Below are positions 53,734-64,000 of a stretch of DNA of 64,000 nt, one piece after another. Source of the DNA: an uncultured Chloroflexia bacterium (GTDB lineage Bacteria; Chloroflexota; Chloroflexia; Thermomicrobiales; UBA6265); NCBI GenBank assembly GCA_963724295.1, contig CAVRUC010000007.1:64001-128000 (forward strand), in the 5' to 3' direction. Position 1 is the stretch's first letter, and the number at the start of each line of letters is the position of its first letter. The translations under genes were made by a program, and so were the position numbers. Below the pieces are notes generated by a model. The model had not been told where the DNA came from. It made no database searches and was given only the letters and a program-made list of their open reading frames with translations.

Positions 53734-54684
53734 ATGAGCGTGTCGATCCTGTCCGCGGCATATGGCGGCGAGCTGTGGTCACCGCGCGTAGCGGCGATGA
53801 CCGAAGACATGGCGTCGACGTGGGGCGACTGGGGAGTCTCCTCCGAGATCGGCAAGCTGCACGCGGTCCTGTTGCGCCGGCCCGGTTCGGAGCTCGATGC
53901 GGTTGTCGATTTCAATGCGATGCAAATGCGATCGGACCTCTGTCCGGACCGCGTGCGGGAACAACACGACGCGCTCGCCGACGCCTACCGCGCGGCGGGC
54001 GTCGTGGTCCACTACGTGGAGCGAGGACGGATCGACAAACCGAACGCCATGTTCGTGCGCGACCTGATGCTGATGACCCCCGAAGGGGCAATCGTGACCA
54101 GGCCGGCGTCGACCGTCCGTGCCGGTGAGGAACGCCTGGTCGCCGAGGCGCTGGCTCAGCTTGGTGTCCCGATCCTCATGTCGGTGCATGGGTTGGGAAC
54201 CTTCGAGGGCGCCGACGTCATCTGGGTCGACGAGCATCTTTGCTTTCTCGCCGAGGGGCTGCGCACGAACGAGGAGGGGGCTAACCAGGTCGAGCGCATG
54301 CTGCGGGAGATCGGTGTGGCGGAGGTCGTTCGCGTGGGCCTCCCCCACGGCGCGATGCACCTGGATGGGCTGCTGGCCATCATCGATCGCGATCTGGCCG
54401 CCGTCTGGCCGCGGCGGACCCCGTTCAAGGTGGTTAGCACGCTGCGCAAGCGAGGATTCAGATTCATCGAAGTCGACGATGAGCGGGAAGCCCAGGACTG
54501 TCTGCCGATGAACTTCGTGGCGCTCGCGCCCGGAGAGATCCTGATGCCGGCGGGCGGCTCAACCATGCGCGAGAAGTACGAGGCCGCCGGCGTGCGCTGT
54601 CATGTCGTCGACATCAGTGAGTGCATCAAAGCGGGTGGTGGCATCCACTGCATGACCGGATTTCTGAAGCGGGATCGTCTCTAG
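53734..54684 (+). CDS. Amidinotransferase/arginine deiminase/DDAH superfamily enzyme
   Basis: SEIG.L..VLL.RPG, FVRD, R.GE, FEGAD, MHLD, GGGIHCMT. Confidence 0.88.
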   Translation: MSVSILSAAYGGELWSPRVAAMTEDMASTWGDWGVSSEIGKLHAVLLRRPGSELDAVVDFNAMQMRSDLCPDRVREQHDALADAYRAAGVVVHYVERGRIDKPNAMFVRDLMLMTPEGAIVTRPASTVRAGEERLVAEALAQLGVPILMSVHGLGTFEGADVIWVDEHLCFLAEGLRTNEEGANQVERMLREIGVAEVVRVGLPHGAMHLDGLLAIIDRDLAAVWPRRTPFKVVSTLRKRGFRFIEVDDEREAQDCLPMNFVALAPGEILMPAGGSTMREKYEAAGVRCHVVDISECIKAGGGIHCMTGFLKRDRL

Positions 54685-54708
54685 CGCGCTCAACATTGAT
54701 TCAAGACC

Positions 54709-56490
54709 ATGCTCGTCGAACTCGCGATTCGTAATTTCGCCATTATCGAGACCGTCCAGATTCCCTTCGGTCCGGGTCTGAATGTGCTGTCTGGAGAAAC
54801 CGGCGCCGGGAAGTCGATCCTGATCGACGCGCTGGGGGCAGTCCTCGGAGATCGGGTCAGTACTGACATGGTGCGGACGGGAGCCACTTCGGCCTCCATC
54901 GACGCGACGTTCGATCTGAACTGCGTGAGGTACCGGGATGGACTGTCCCGGTTGCTCGAGGAGCTCGAGATCGACGAGAGCGATGGCCAGCTCATTCTCA
55001 GTCGAGAGATCCACTCTGGAGGACGCAGCAGCGCCCGATTGAACGGTCGACCGACGACGGTCTCGATCCTCGCCCAGATCGGCTCGTTGCTCGTCGATAT
55101 CCACGGTCAAAGCGAACACCTCTCGTTGCTCAAGCCGGGCGCGCAGCTTCAGATGCTCGACCGCTTCGCCGAGGCCGTCCCGCTGCGCGAGGAATTCGCT
55201 CGCAAGCTCGACGAGCTGCGAGCGACTCAGAACGCCCTGGAGCAGTCACGATCAGGAGCTCGCGAGCGTATGCAGCGGGTCGACCTCTTGCGCTATCAGG
55301 TCGAGGAGATCAACCGCGCGGGGTTGCAACCGGGTGAAGAAGAAGAGCTGACCGCCGAACGCGCTCGTCTGGCGAACGCGGATCGTCTGGCCCATGACGC
55401 GGCGGCGGCGTATATGGCGCTCGCCGGCAGCGATGACCTCGATATCGGGGGCGGCGCGATTCCGGCTCTTCGCCAGGCAACGTCGGAGCTTGCGTCGATC
55501 TCGACGATCGATCCGACGATCAACGGCCTATCCGAACGGGCGACCGAGCTTCTGTACCTTGCCGAGGATCTGGCAACGGAGGCAAGAACATATCGCGATT
55601 CGATCGACGCCGATCCTGGACGGCTGGCGTTGGTCGACGAGCGACTTGCCGAAATCCGGCAGTTGCAGCGCAAATACGGAGCGAGCGTCGCTGACATTCT
55701 CGATCACGCGCGGGCGGCCGAAGAAGAGCTGGAACGGCTGACCGGCTCCGAAGTAGACACCGAGACGCTCGCGGCGCGGGCGGATGCGCTCTCGCGCGAG
55801 GCCGGCGAGCTCGCCGCGCGGTTATCTGAAAAGCGGTCCAGTGTGGCCGAATCTCTTGCGGCCGATGTGGAGCGATCGATCGCGCGCCTCAACATGGGTA
55901 CAGCTGAATTTGCGGTTTCACTCGATCGGGTCGAAGACGACCGTGGCGTTCCCGTTCGCGGCAACGGAGGCGGCGAAACGCGGTTCCTGGTTGATGCGTC
56001 CGGTATGGATCGCGTTTCGTTTCTCATCGCCCCAAACCCCGGCGAAGGACTGAAACCGTTGAGCAGGATCGCCTCCGGAGGTGAGACGGCGAGACTCATG
56101 TTGGCGTTGAAGTCGATCCTCTCGGAGGCTGATCAGACGCCGACGCTGATCTTTGACGAGATTGACGTCGGTGTCGGTGGACGATCAGGTCAGGTCGTGG
56201 GTGAGACGCTCTGGTCCCTGACGAAGAACCACCAGGTCGTTGTCATTACCCATCTGCCGCAGATTGCCGCCTTCGGGGATCTGCATTTTCAGATCGTCAA
56301 GAGCGAGCGGGACGGCCGTGTGGTTTCCACTATTGAGTCCCTCGACGAATCGGCCCGCAAGCAGGAACTGGCCGCGATGCTCGACGGCACGCCTGTGACC
56401 GAGAGCGCGCTGCAAAGCGCCGCCGAGATGCTCGATCGTGCTGTCGCCGCAAAGCGCGGCCGCGATCGATCCCGGCGGCGGAAGAGCTAG
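54709..56490 (+). CDS. recN: DNA repair protein RecN
   Basis: GETGAGKS, IHGQSEH, ASGGE.AR, FDEID.GVGG, THLPQ. Confidence 0.97.
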   Translation: MLVELAIRNFAIIETVQIPFGPGLNVLSGETGAGKSILIDALGAVLGDRVSTDMVRTGATSASIDATFDLNCVRYRDGLSRLLEELEIDESDGQLILSREIHSGGRSSARLNGRPTTVSILAQIGSLLVDIHGQSEHLSLLKPGAQLQMLDRFAEAVPLREEFARKLDELRATQNALEQSRSGARERMQRVDLLRYQVEEINRAGLQPGEEEELTAERARLANADRLAHDAAAAYMALAGSDDLDIGGGAIPALRQATSELASISTIDPTINGLSERATELLYLAEDLATEARTYRDSIDADPGRLALVDERLAEIRQLQRKYGASVADILDHARAAEEELERLTGSEVDTETLAARADALSREAGELAARLSEKRSSVAESLAADVERSIARLNMGTAEFAVSLDRVEDDRGVPVRGNGGGETRFLVDASGMDRVSFLIAPNPGEGLKPLSRIASGGETARLMLALKSILSEADQTPTLIFDEIDVGVGGRSGQVVGETLWSLTKNHQVVVITHLPQIAAFGDLHFQIVKSERDGRVVSTIESLDESARKQELAAMLDGTPVTESALQSAAEMLDRAVAAKRGRDRSRRRKS

Positions 56491-56575
56491 GCAATATTCC
56501 GTTGGTATACTCGGCAGTCGACCGCGAGGAGCAATCGGATCCTCGCCGTCAACGTCGACAAGGAGGAGCCGCGCC

Positions 56576-56878
56576 ATGGGCGTAAACATGAAGATGATTC
56601 AGCAGATGCAGACGCGGCTCGAGACGATGCAGCGCGAGCTCGCCGAGACAATCGTGGAGGGAACGGCCGGCGGCGGTGTCGTTACCGCCCAGGTGACCGG
56701 CGCCCGAGAGTTTCGAGGAATCTCGATCGACCCGAGCGTTGTCGACCCGGAGGACGTCGAGGTCCTCGAAGATTTGATCACCGTCGCCATTCAGGACGCG
56801 ATGAATCGTGCCAATTCGGTCGCCGAAGAGAAGATGGGCGCCGTGACCGGTGGCCTTCGTATTCCCGGGCTGATGTAG
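56576..56878 (+). CDS. YbaB/EbfC nucleoid-associated protein
   Basis: AGGG.V, IDP..VDPEDVE.LEDLI..A. Confidence 0.92.
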   Translation: MGVNMKMIQQMQTRLETMQRELAETIVEGTAGGGVVTAQVTGAREFRGISIDPSVVDPEDVEVLEDLITVAIQDAMNRANSVAEEKMGAVTGGLRIPGLM

Positions 56879-56927
56879 CCGGCAACATTCGCAACGCGAC
56901 TTTGCGGCGCGCAGCGGGGCGAGCCCG

Positions 56928-57200
56928 ATGGTGAATTCGGAACCCACCCCGTTTGCCGTCGGTGACGTGGTGCGGCTCAAGAAACCGCACCCGTGCGGTG
57001 GCTTCGATTGGATTGTCACGCGGCTCGGGGCAGACATCGGCGTCAAGTGTGTCACCTGCGGCCGGCGAGTCCTCCTGCCACGTCGGGATCTCGAGCGGCG
57101 GATGAGGCTATTCGTCGCCCGAGCGCCGGCGATCGATCAGGACTCGAGCACAATTGATCCGCATGCCAGCGTCGTGGCGGCCGGCGAGGTTGATTCTTGA
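56928..57200 (+). CDS. DUF951 protein
   Basis: LKKPHPCG..W...R.GADI..KC..CGR. Confidence 0.88.
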   Translation: MVNSEPTPFAVGDVVRLKKPHPCGGFDWIVTRLGADIGVKCVTCGRRVLLPRRDLERRMRLFVARAPAIDQDSSTIDPHASVVAAGEVDS

Positions 57201-58663
57201 GCGAGCCCGCGGCCGCCGTGACGAGCGTCGTCGGCGAATACCTCGACACGCCCGGCGACGGCAGCTCGCGCGAGCGGCGCGTTCTTCGTCCCCGGCAGCA
57301 TGGCTCATTCCGGGCGGTGCTCAGGAACTATCCGTTTCTGCGGCTGTGGACGGCGCAGGCCGTCTCACAGACCGCGAACAGCATGGTCGACTTTTCACTT
57401 TTGCTCCTTGTCGGACAAACGGTCGATTTCCACAACGTCGCGCAAGCCAATACAGCGGTCAGTTTTGTAATCCTGGCTTTTTCGCTGCCAGCGGTGATCT
57501 TTGGCCCGATCGCCGGCGCCGTTGCCGACCGAGTGAGCCGCCGCAATGTGATGGTGGCCACCAACGCCGCCCGCGCGGCGCTTGTGGTGCTCTTCCTGCT
57601 CGTGCAGCCCACCTGGCCCGTCCACATAGCACTCGCCTCGTATTACGCCATGGCGTTTCTCTTCGGGGCGGTGGGCCAATTCTTCATGCCGGCCCAGGGC
57701 GCCTCGATTCCCGCTCTCGTGCCGCGGGAGCAGCTAACAGCAGCGAACGCGCTTTTCAATCTCACGTTCACCGCGACGCAATTGCTCGGGTTTGCCATTC
57801 TCGGCCCACTTCTGTCCCAGGCACTGGGCGTCGACATGCTCTTTATCGTGACGATGATCGCGTTCGTGCTCTCGGCGCTCCTCACAGTCTGGCTGCCGGC
57901 AATGCCAATTCCGCATCGGGTCGTCAACGTGGTGGAACGGGTCAGTGCCGCCAGACGCGTCTGGTCCGATATCCACGAAGGGTTGGTCTACATCAAACAG
58001 GATGCCATCCTCACGAAGTCAATCGCCTATCTCACGTTCGCGACGACCATTTTCATGCTCATCGCCGCGCTAGCGCCGAACTTCGTGGCGACCGTCGTGG
58101 GGCTCCCGCCGAGCGATATCGGTTACCTCGTGGCCCCGGCTGGAATCGGCGTCATTGTCGGCGTTGTCATCGTGCCGAAGCTCGTGAGTCGTTTTCGGCG
58201 CGACGCGCTGATCGACTGGGCAGTGGTGGTGGGCGGGCTCTCGCTGCTTCTGTTATCGCTGAGTCGCGCGATTCTCAGTCGCGTGTTGCCTCATGGGGTC
58301 GTGCCCCAGATGCTCGAGGTGGTCGTGGCCGGCGCGCTGGCGGCCATCCTCGGCATTTGCAACGCGCTTGTGCTGGTGCCGTCCCAGACCATCTTGCAGG
58401 AGCGATCCCACGAACATATACGAGCGCGGGTCTATGCGACGTTCTTCACCATCACTAGCGTTGTCTCGTTCATCCCGATCTTCTTTGCGGCGGCCGCGGC
58501 GGACCTGTTCGGCGTGGTGACAGTGCTGGCCTGGGTGGCCATCCTGCTGATTGCTGTCGGAGCGTCCAGCCTGGCCCGATCCTGGAGAGCGCACCAGCAG
58601 CGCTACGAGCGGGTGCGCACCCGTCATCGCCAGGGACCTGAGGCTGTTCCCCCGGTGGGCTGA
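57197..58663 (+). CDS. MFS transporter (DHA3-like)
   Basis: About 12 TM helices, [10 protein letters not shown] motif A, QFFMPA. Confidence 0.88.
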   Translation: MSEPAAAVTSVVGEYLDTPGDGSSRERRVLRPRQHGSFRAVLRNYPFLRLWTAQAVSQTANSMVDFSLLLLVGQTVDFHNVAQANTAVSFVILAFSLPAVIFGPIAGAVADRVSRRNVMVATNAARAALVVLFLLVQPTWPVHIALASYYAMAFLFGAVGQFFMPAQGASIPALVPREQLTAANALFNLTFTATQLLGFAILGPLLSQALGVDMLFIVTMIAFVLSALLTVWLPAMPIPHRVVNVVERVSAARRVWSDIHEGLVYIKQDAILTKSIAYLTFATTIFMLIAALAPNFVATVVGLPPSDIGYLVAPAGIGVIVGVVIVPKLVSRFRRDALIDWAVVVGGLSLLLLSLSRAILSRVLPHGVVPQMLEVVVAGALAAILGICNALVLVPSQTILQERSHEHIRARVYATFFTITSVVSFIPIFFAAAAADLFGVVTVLAWVAILLIAVGASSLARSWRAHQQRYERVRTRHRQGPEAVPPVG

Positions 58664-58665
58664 GG

Positions 58666-59064
58666 TCAATCGACCGGGTAGCCGAGTGCTTTGGCGTGTG
58701 CCAGCGCAAGCTGGAGGTACTGGCGGATCATCTGTTCGTCGTCGAGTTCGAGCGCCGGCGCGTGCAGGAGCCGTGCGATCCTGGCTACGTCATCGTCGGC
58801 GAGCACATCGGCGGCGTCCTCATTCAGGAATCCGGCGGCGACCAGAACCTCGAGCTGCTCGTGCCGATCGACCTGCAGGACGCGGCAGATGCGATCCAGG
58901 ACGTCGCGGCTGACGCCCCGCTCGCCCGATTCGAGCCGGCTCAGTGTGCTGCCGTCGATTTCTGCCAGGTGAGCAACCTGCTTTTGCGCTAATCCGCGCT
59001 CGCTTCGCAGGCGTGTCAACACGCGTGCTAACGTCTGTACTCGGTCCCGAGGCCAGGCGACCAT
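58666..59064 (-). CDS. XRE-family HTH regulator
   Basis: LRSERGLAQKQVA...STLSRLESGER. Confidence 0.85.
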   Translation of the reverse strand: MVAWPRDRVQTLARVLTRLRSERGLAQKQVAHLAEIDGSTLSRLESGERGVSRDVLDRICRVLQVDRHEQLEVLVAAGFLNEDAADVLADDDVARIARLLHAPALELDDEQMIRQYLQLALAHAKALGYPVD

Positions 59065-59114
59065 CAGCGTTCGACATAGTTCTGCACCGATTCGGTGGCG
59101 GCTATCTCTCCAGG

Positions 59115-59150
59115 AAACAAGGAGCCGCGCCAATTGGCGCGGCTCTCGTT
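59115..59150 (-). terminator. Terminator downstream of tRNA-Lys, possibly bidirectional
   Basis: Perfect palindrome GAGCCGCGCCAATTGGCGCGGCTC with T-rich flanks. Confidence 0.65.
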
Positions 59151-59173
59151 CTTCGTTGCCCTGTCGTTCCCGG

Positions 59174-59246
<73 letters not shown>

Positions 59247-59255
59247 GACCAACAA

Positions 59256-59285
59256 AGTTTAGCAAGTTGGCAAAATCGGTGTCAA
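59256..59285 (-). promoter_or_regulatory. Sigma70-type promoter of tRNA-Lys
   Basis: TTGACA-N18-TAAACT with extended TG. Confidence 0.6.
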
Positions 59286-60776
59286 TCATGGCCAGCGGTT
59301 TGCGCTGGCTCGAGGTTCGGCCGGCGGGTCGCCCAGGTCTCGGAACGCTCATAGGCGTCGGCGATGCGAAGGATGGTTGCCTCAGCAAACGCTGGACCCA
59401 GGATCTGGAGCGAGACCGGGAGGCCGTCACTGAACCCGCACGGGATGGCCACACCCGGAATTCCGGCCATGTTCGCGGGAATCGTGAAGACATCTGCCAG
59501 ATACATCTGATATGGATCGTCCGTGCGCGCTCCAAGCGGAAACGCGACCGTTGGGGACGTCGGTGCGACAATCGCGTCGACCTTGGACCAGGCTTCGTCA
59601 AAATCCCGCTTGATCAACGTGCGGACCTTCTGAGCCTTCACGTAATAGGCATCGTAGTAGCCGGAGCTGAGCGCGTAGGTCCCGAGCATGATCCGCCGCT
59701 TGACCTCGGGTCCGAAGCCTTCACCGCGCGTTCGCTCGTAGGTTTCGCGCAGTGATCGGAGCCTCGATCGCCAGCCCGTATTTCACACCGTCGTACCGGG
59801 CAAGATTGGCGCTCGCCTCAGCCGGGGCGGTGATGTAGTACGTTGGCAGCGCGTATTCGGTGTGGGGCAGATTCACCTTGACGAGCTCGGCGCCTAGCGA
59901 CCGCAGACGCTCGATGGCCCGATCCACCGCGTCCGCGACACCTGGCTCCATCCCCTCGACGGTGTATTCGCCGGCCACGCCAATCTTCATGCCGGAAATA
60001 TCCCCCGACAGAGCCGACCGATAGTCAGGCACTGCCTCACGGGACGAGGTTGAATCCTGGGGGTCATGTCCGGCGATCGCCTGCAGCGTGATAGCGGCGT
60101 CTTCGACCGTGCGCGCGAATGGACCGATTTGATCCAGACTCGAGGCGAAGGCCATCAGCCCGAGGCGAGAGACGCGCCCGTAGGTTGGCTTCAGGCCGAC
60201 GACGCCGCAAAATCCAGCTGGCTGGCGGATGGATCCTCCGGTATCGGAACCCAGGCTGACTGCGGCTAGGCCGGCAGCCACGGCCGCGGCGGGACCGCCG
60301 CTACTCCCTCCGGGAACGCGATCGGTACTCCATGGGTTCTTCACCGGTTTGAATGCGGAGTTTTCGTTCGACGAGCCCATGGCGAACTCATCGGTATTGG
60401 CCTTGCCGAGAAACACCGCGCCCTGTTCGCGAAGTCGCCGCACGACCGTCGCGTCGTACGGTGGGCGAAATCCTTCGAGAATTCGCGATCCGGCGGTGGT
60501 CGGTGCATCGACGGTGCAGAGCACGTCCTTGAGTGCGACGGGAATTCCCGTCAACGGCAACGCATCGCCGGCAGCCAGTCGCCGATCAGCTGCAGTGGCC
60601 TGAGCGAGGGCCACATCGCGCATGACATGCAGGTAGACGCCCAGCTCAGCGTCAAATTGGTCGATCCGCTCGAGGTGGGCCTCGGCCAATTCGATGGCCG
60701 AGATTTCACGTGAATCGAGCGCTCGCCTTGCTTCGGCGGCGGTGAGATCCGTGGCACGGCGGAGTGGATCAGGCAC
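59282..60776 (-). CDS. gatA: Glu/Asp-tRNA amidotransferase subunit A, frameshift ~59750
   Basis: [33 protein letters not shown]; then [15 protein letters not shown]. Confidence 0.95.
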
Positions 60777-60778
60777 CG

Positions 60779-61084
60779 CTAGGCGTCCTCCACAGAAGCA
60801 CCGAGGATGGCATGGACCTCGAAGAAGCCATCGGCTTGCCGCGGCGCATTTTCGAGCACTGCCTCGCGAGGAAGTGAATTTGTGACCACATCGGGCCGCA
60901 TCACGTTTGTCATGGCGATGACTTGCGCCGTCGGCGGGATGGCATTCGTATCGAGTCTGTCGATCGCTTCTATGTGCTCGAGAATCGAGGAGAGTTGACC
61001 TTGCAGCCGGGTTATCTCGGCGTCACTCAGACCTAGCCGTGCCAGCGCGGCCACATATTCAACTTCTTCTCGGCTTAGGGGCAT
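60779..61084 (-). CDS. gatC: Amidotransferase subunit C
   Basis: LSREEV..VA.LARL, MRPD, NAP...FF.V. Confidence 0.93.
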   Translation of the reverse strand: MPLSREEVEYVAALARLGLSDAEITRLQGQLSSILEHIEAIDRLDTNAIPPTAQVIAMTNVMRPDVVTNSLPREAVLENAPRQADGFFEVHAILGASVEDA

Positions 61085-61345
61085 GATCTCGAATCCAATT
61101 CAAGTGTCTATTGCACGTTGGCAGTCGTGCCCGTCGCGACAACCGGTGGAGTCTATCATGGCCACTTTCTGTTGTAGACTGGCCGGGTCACTAGCCCGCT
61201 GCAATGCCCCTCAGGCTACTTTTCTTTGCTGGGAACCATTGGTGAGTCGCGCTGGCATCCGCAGCCAGGACGCCGTTGGTGGCCCAGTCAACGATCGCGC
61301 GGTATTGGAAGTTGACGCACCTGCACGTTTTCTTGACTGGGGCCC

Positions 61346-62629
61346 ATGAGTCGTTCTCGCGCTAACCGATCCTTGTGCCTTGCCGCGCTTGTTGCTGGCT
61401 TCTTGCTGGTGGCGTGCGCCGAAGAGGATAGCGGTCCCCAATTTGCAACCGACCCCAGGCCGACGCGCGCTCCCACGGAGGCGGTGGCCGCCGCATCTCC
61501 GGCATTCCTGCCAACCGCGGCGGCGATCGCAACTCCGGCCTCATTCACCGATCTTCTTGCGGTTCGTGGTGCTGCAACAGTCGTCCACGTAGTTTCAGGC
61601 AACGATGTCTGGTCCGTTTCGAGTGACGGAGAGGCGAGCCGACTCTTCGAGGCGCCGGGTGGTTCCGCGATCCTCGCCATCGATCCGTCCCCTGATGGGC
61701 AAGCGGTTGCCGTCTTGCTGGAGGCAGGGTCAAGCGGGCCACGAACGTCACAAGTGGTCATCGTCGATGCGACCGGGTCGGTTGTGGACAGCGTCGAGGC
61801 GCCGGTCGGAGCCGCGGCAACTCCTGTCGCCAGGCCTCCCGGCAGCGAGCCAACCATTGACTGGTCTCCTCAAGGAGACCGGGTTCTCGCGCAGTTCGAA
61901 ACCGGGGAAGTCATCGAGATTCTGATTGATGAAAGCGACGAGCCAGTCTCGCTCGACTTTGACGGCGCTGCTGGATCCGTGATTGAGCCGGAATGGTCCC
62001 CAACCGGGCAAAGTGTCGCGTTCGTCTCCGAAAGCGAAGACGGTGAGACGCGCTCCTTGCAATTGCTCGATGTCACAAATGGAGAAATCACGACCGTGGT
62101 CACGCCGTTGCGGGGGCGCCTGGTCGTCGATTTCGCCTGGTTACCCGACGGTGTGTCGCTGCTATTCACCGAAGGGGGTGCGCCGGGCAGCGCAATCACC
62201 GGTATCGACCTGTGGCAGGTCGACGCCAGCGGGGAGAATCGCGCGCTGGTTGCCAGTGCGGGAACGGTCGCTCCCGTGGCCAGGATTACCAACCTCAGCC
62301 CGTCGCCAGATGGGCGAAGTGTGGCGTACGCGGTGCTTGTTCCGGGACCCCGAGGTCCCGCCGTCGACAGCGTGTGGGTACGCAGTCTGGCCTCCGGCAT
62401 CGGCTTCCGCATTGCGATGCCTTCGGTCGCGTCAATTGACGATATCTGGTGGACCGAGGAAGGGCTCGTGATTTCGGTCCTGACCGGGCCGACGGCGCAG
62501 GGGCGGCCGCCGACTCAAGCGCTGCTCCAGGCCAAACGGGATGGATCGATAAGCGCCCTCTGGGCTGCGCCGCCTGTGGCTACGCCGCCCGCGGCTGCGA
62601 CCCCGACCGCGCGAGCAGCCTCGAGCTAA
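61346..62629 (+). CDS. Lipoprotein with TolB/PD40-like beta-propeller
   Basis: Lipobox LVAC; repeated SPDG/WSPQG/WSPTG/WLPDG motifs. Confidence 0.8.
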   Translation: MSRSRANRSLCLAALVAGFLLVACAEEDSGPQFATDPRPTRAPTEAVAAASPAFLPTAAAIATPASFTDLLAVRGAATVVHVVSGNDVWSVSSDGEASRLFEAPGGSAILAIDPSPDGQAVAVLLEAGSSGPRTSQVVIVDATGSVVDSVEAPVGAAATPVARPPGSEPTIDWSPQGDRVLAQFETGEVIEILIDESDEPVSLDFDGAAGSVIEPEWSPTGQSVAFVSESEDGETRSLQLLDVTNGEITTVVTPLRGRLVVDFAWLPDGVSLLFTEGGAPGSAITGIDLWQVDASGENRALVASAGTVAPVARITNLSPSPDGRSVAYAVLVPGPRGPAVDSVWVRSLASGIGFRIAMPSVASIDDIWWTEEGLVISVLTGPTAQGRPPTQALLQAKRDGSISALWAAPPVATPPAAATPTARAASS

Positions 62630-64000
62630 CTGTCGCTCGATGTGAGCGATCGATCCCCGGCTTCCGGCTCGCGTATCTCTTCCGCGTCGAAAATGTTCAT
62701 CGCGGCGCGGATGCGGACCCGAGCGCGTTCTTCCTCGTCGGCGGTTGCTCCGTCGTCTTGCTGGGCCGGGGGCGGCTCCGTACGCTCGATCGACGGCACT
62801 TTGGATGGGAGCCGCGACCATCTCGCTCCGCAGAATGCATTGCAGCGAAATGTTCCTGCCAAGAAGCCGAGACAGTACGCCCCCCACTGTTTCGCGCACG
62901 TCGTCGCTGTTGAGCTTGTCGCGGTGAAAGGGGTAGGGCACGGCAAGTGTTATCTGGTTGCCTGAAATCGCAACGGGATCGACTTCGCTCAACAACGCCT
63001 CGATTCTCCGGTTGAGCGCCTTGACATCCGCCCGCACATTCGGCCAGAGCTCGGCGATGTGTTCGATCTCGAATGCGCGATTGCCGGCCGGCGCGCCATT
63101 GGCAGGAGCCTCCGGGACCGGTATTGACCGAAGAGGGGTAATCGCCGCGGGTTCGGGGTGCTCGGATCGTGCGGGTTCTTGCGCCGGGATCTCCCTGATG
63201 GACGTCGGAGCGCGCACTCGGTCTCGCAACGAGGTTGGGGGCGCCGGAGCCGCGGCCGTCGGGTCGACACGGGCTTGCTCAACCGACCGTTCGCCGCCAA
63301 GCGACCTGTTGGGATCTGGTGCGGCAAGCGCCGCCGCCTCGACGAGCGCGACTTCCAGCGGGAGTTGCGGGTACGGCGCGTGTTTGATGCTGAAGTCGAT
63401 CTCACCAAACCGCCGCGCCATTGCGGCCAACTCGGACAGAGAAAACATGGCGGCCAGTTCGCGAGCGCGGCCGTCAGCGTCGCTCGTGCCGCCGGACCGT
63501 TCCAGCAGGAGCAGCCGAAGATAGGCAAGAAGCTGCCGATTGAGCTGGCGCGGGTCTTCTCCCTCGTCGACAGCATCCTGCACCACGCGCAGAGCCTGGC
63601 CGGCGTCATGGTGTCCAAGCGCTTCGACGAGTCCCTCGACACGTTCATTCCTGCTCAAACCGAGCGCGGCGGTGACATCCTCAACGGTGATCGCGGCGGA
63701 ATCTGATTCCTTACGCGACGTCGCCGAACCCAATGCCAGGCGCTCGAACAAACCAAGCGCGTCGCGCAGACTCCCTGTGGCATGACGGGCGATCAGGCGA
63801 AGCGCATCGGCGTCAGCTGAAATGCCCTCTAACGACGCGACAGTCTGCAACCGGCGAACCATGTCGTCGAGGCCGACGCGCCGGAAGTCGAACCGCTGGC
63901 AGCGGGAGACGATTGTCGGAAGGAGCTCCTCGGGGTCTGTGGTGGCAAGGATGAAACGGGTATGGGCGGGCGGTTCTTCCAGCGTCTTGAGGAAGGCATT
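62626..64000 (-). CDS. dnaX: DNA polymerase III gamma/tau subunit, 5' truncated, frameshift ~62790
   Basis: NAFLKTLEEPP...FILATT...TIVSRCQRFDF at the window end; GSLRDAL. Confidence 0.93.

Noticed and set aside
62770..62810. Programmed dnaX frameshift producing gamma/tau
   Set aside because: No A-AAA-AAG or poly-A slippery site is visible, the shift is close to the C-terminus, and similar indels occur throughout the window.

Overview
High-GC bacterial chromosomal window, mostly core genome. The probable source is Chloroflexota (Thermomicrobiales-like); this is inferred from the T-box leaders, the holB-ricT linkage, a Tat-exported solute-binding protein and Ala-Thr-Pro-rich exported proteins. 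It carries yebC-ruvC-tlyA-larB; a B12-mutase small subunit/MeaB/3-hydroxybutyryl-CoA dehydrogenase cluster; tat-tgt-acpS-nnrD-CBS-alr; folC and hemW; the tRNA-Tyr/Thr-tuf-rpmG-tRNA-Trp-secE-nusG-rplKAJL cluster with L1 and L10 leaders; a Trp T-box trpEGDCF operon; ychF; a peptide ABC operon; an Ile T-box ileS; holB-ricT; a Mo-hydroxylase plus amidinotransferase pair; recN; tRNA-Lys; gatCA; and partial dnaX. About 14 single-base frameshifts, several in essential genes, most likely reflect assembly errors. I saw no CRISPR array, IS element or prophage. Most notable: (i) an Ala-Thr-Pro motif shared by four unrelated exported or membrane proteins, two ending in the identical ATPVP-stop, a candidate glycosylation or sorting signal; (ii) an IleRS with both signature motifs altered (GVHH, EMHKS); (iii) an orphan Mo-hydroxylase large subunit linked to a guanidino-modifying enzyme.
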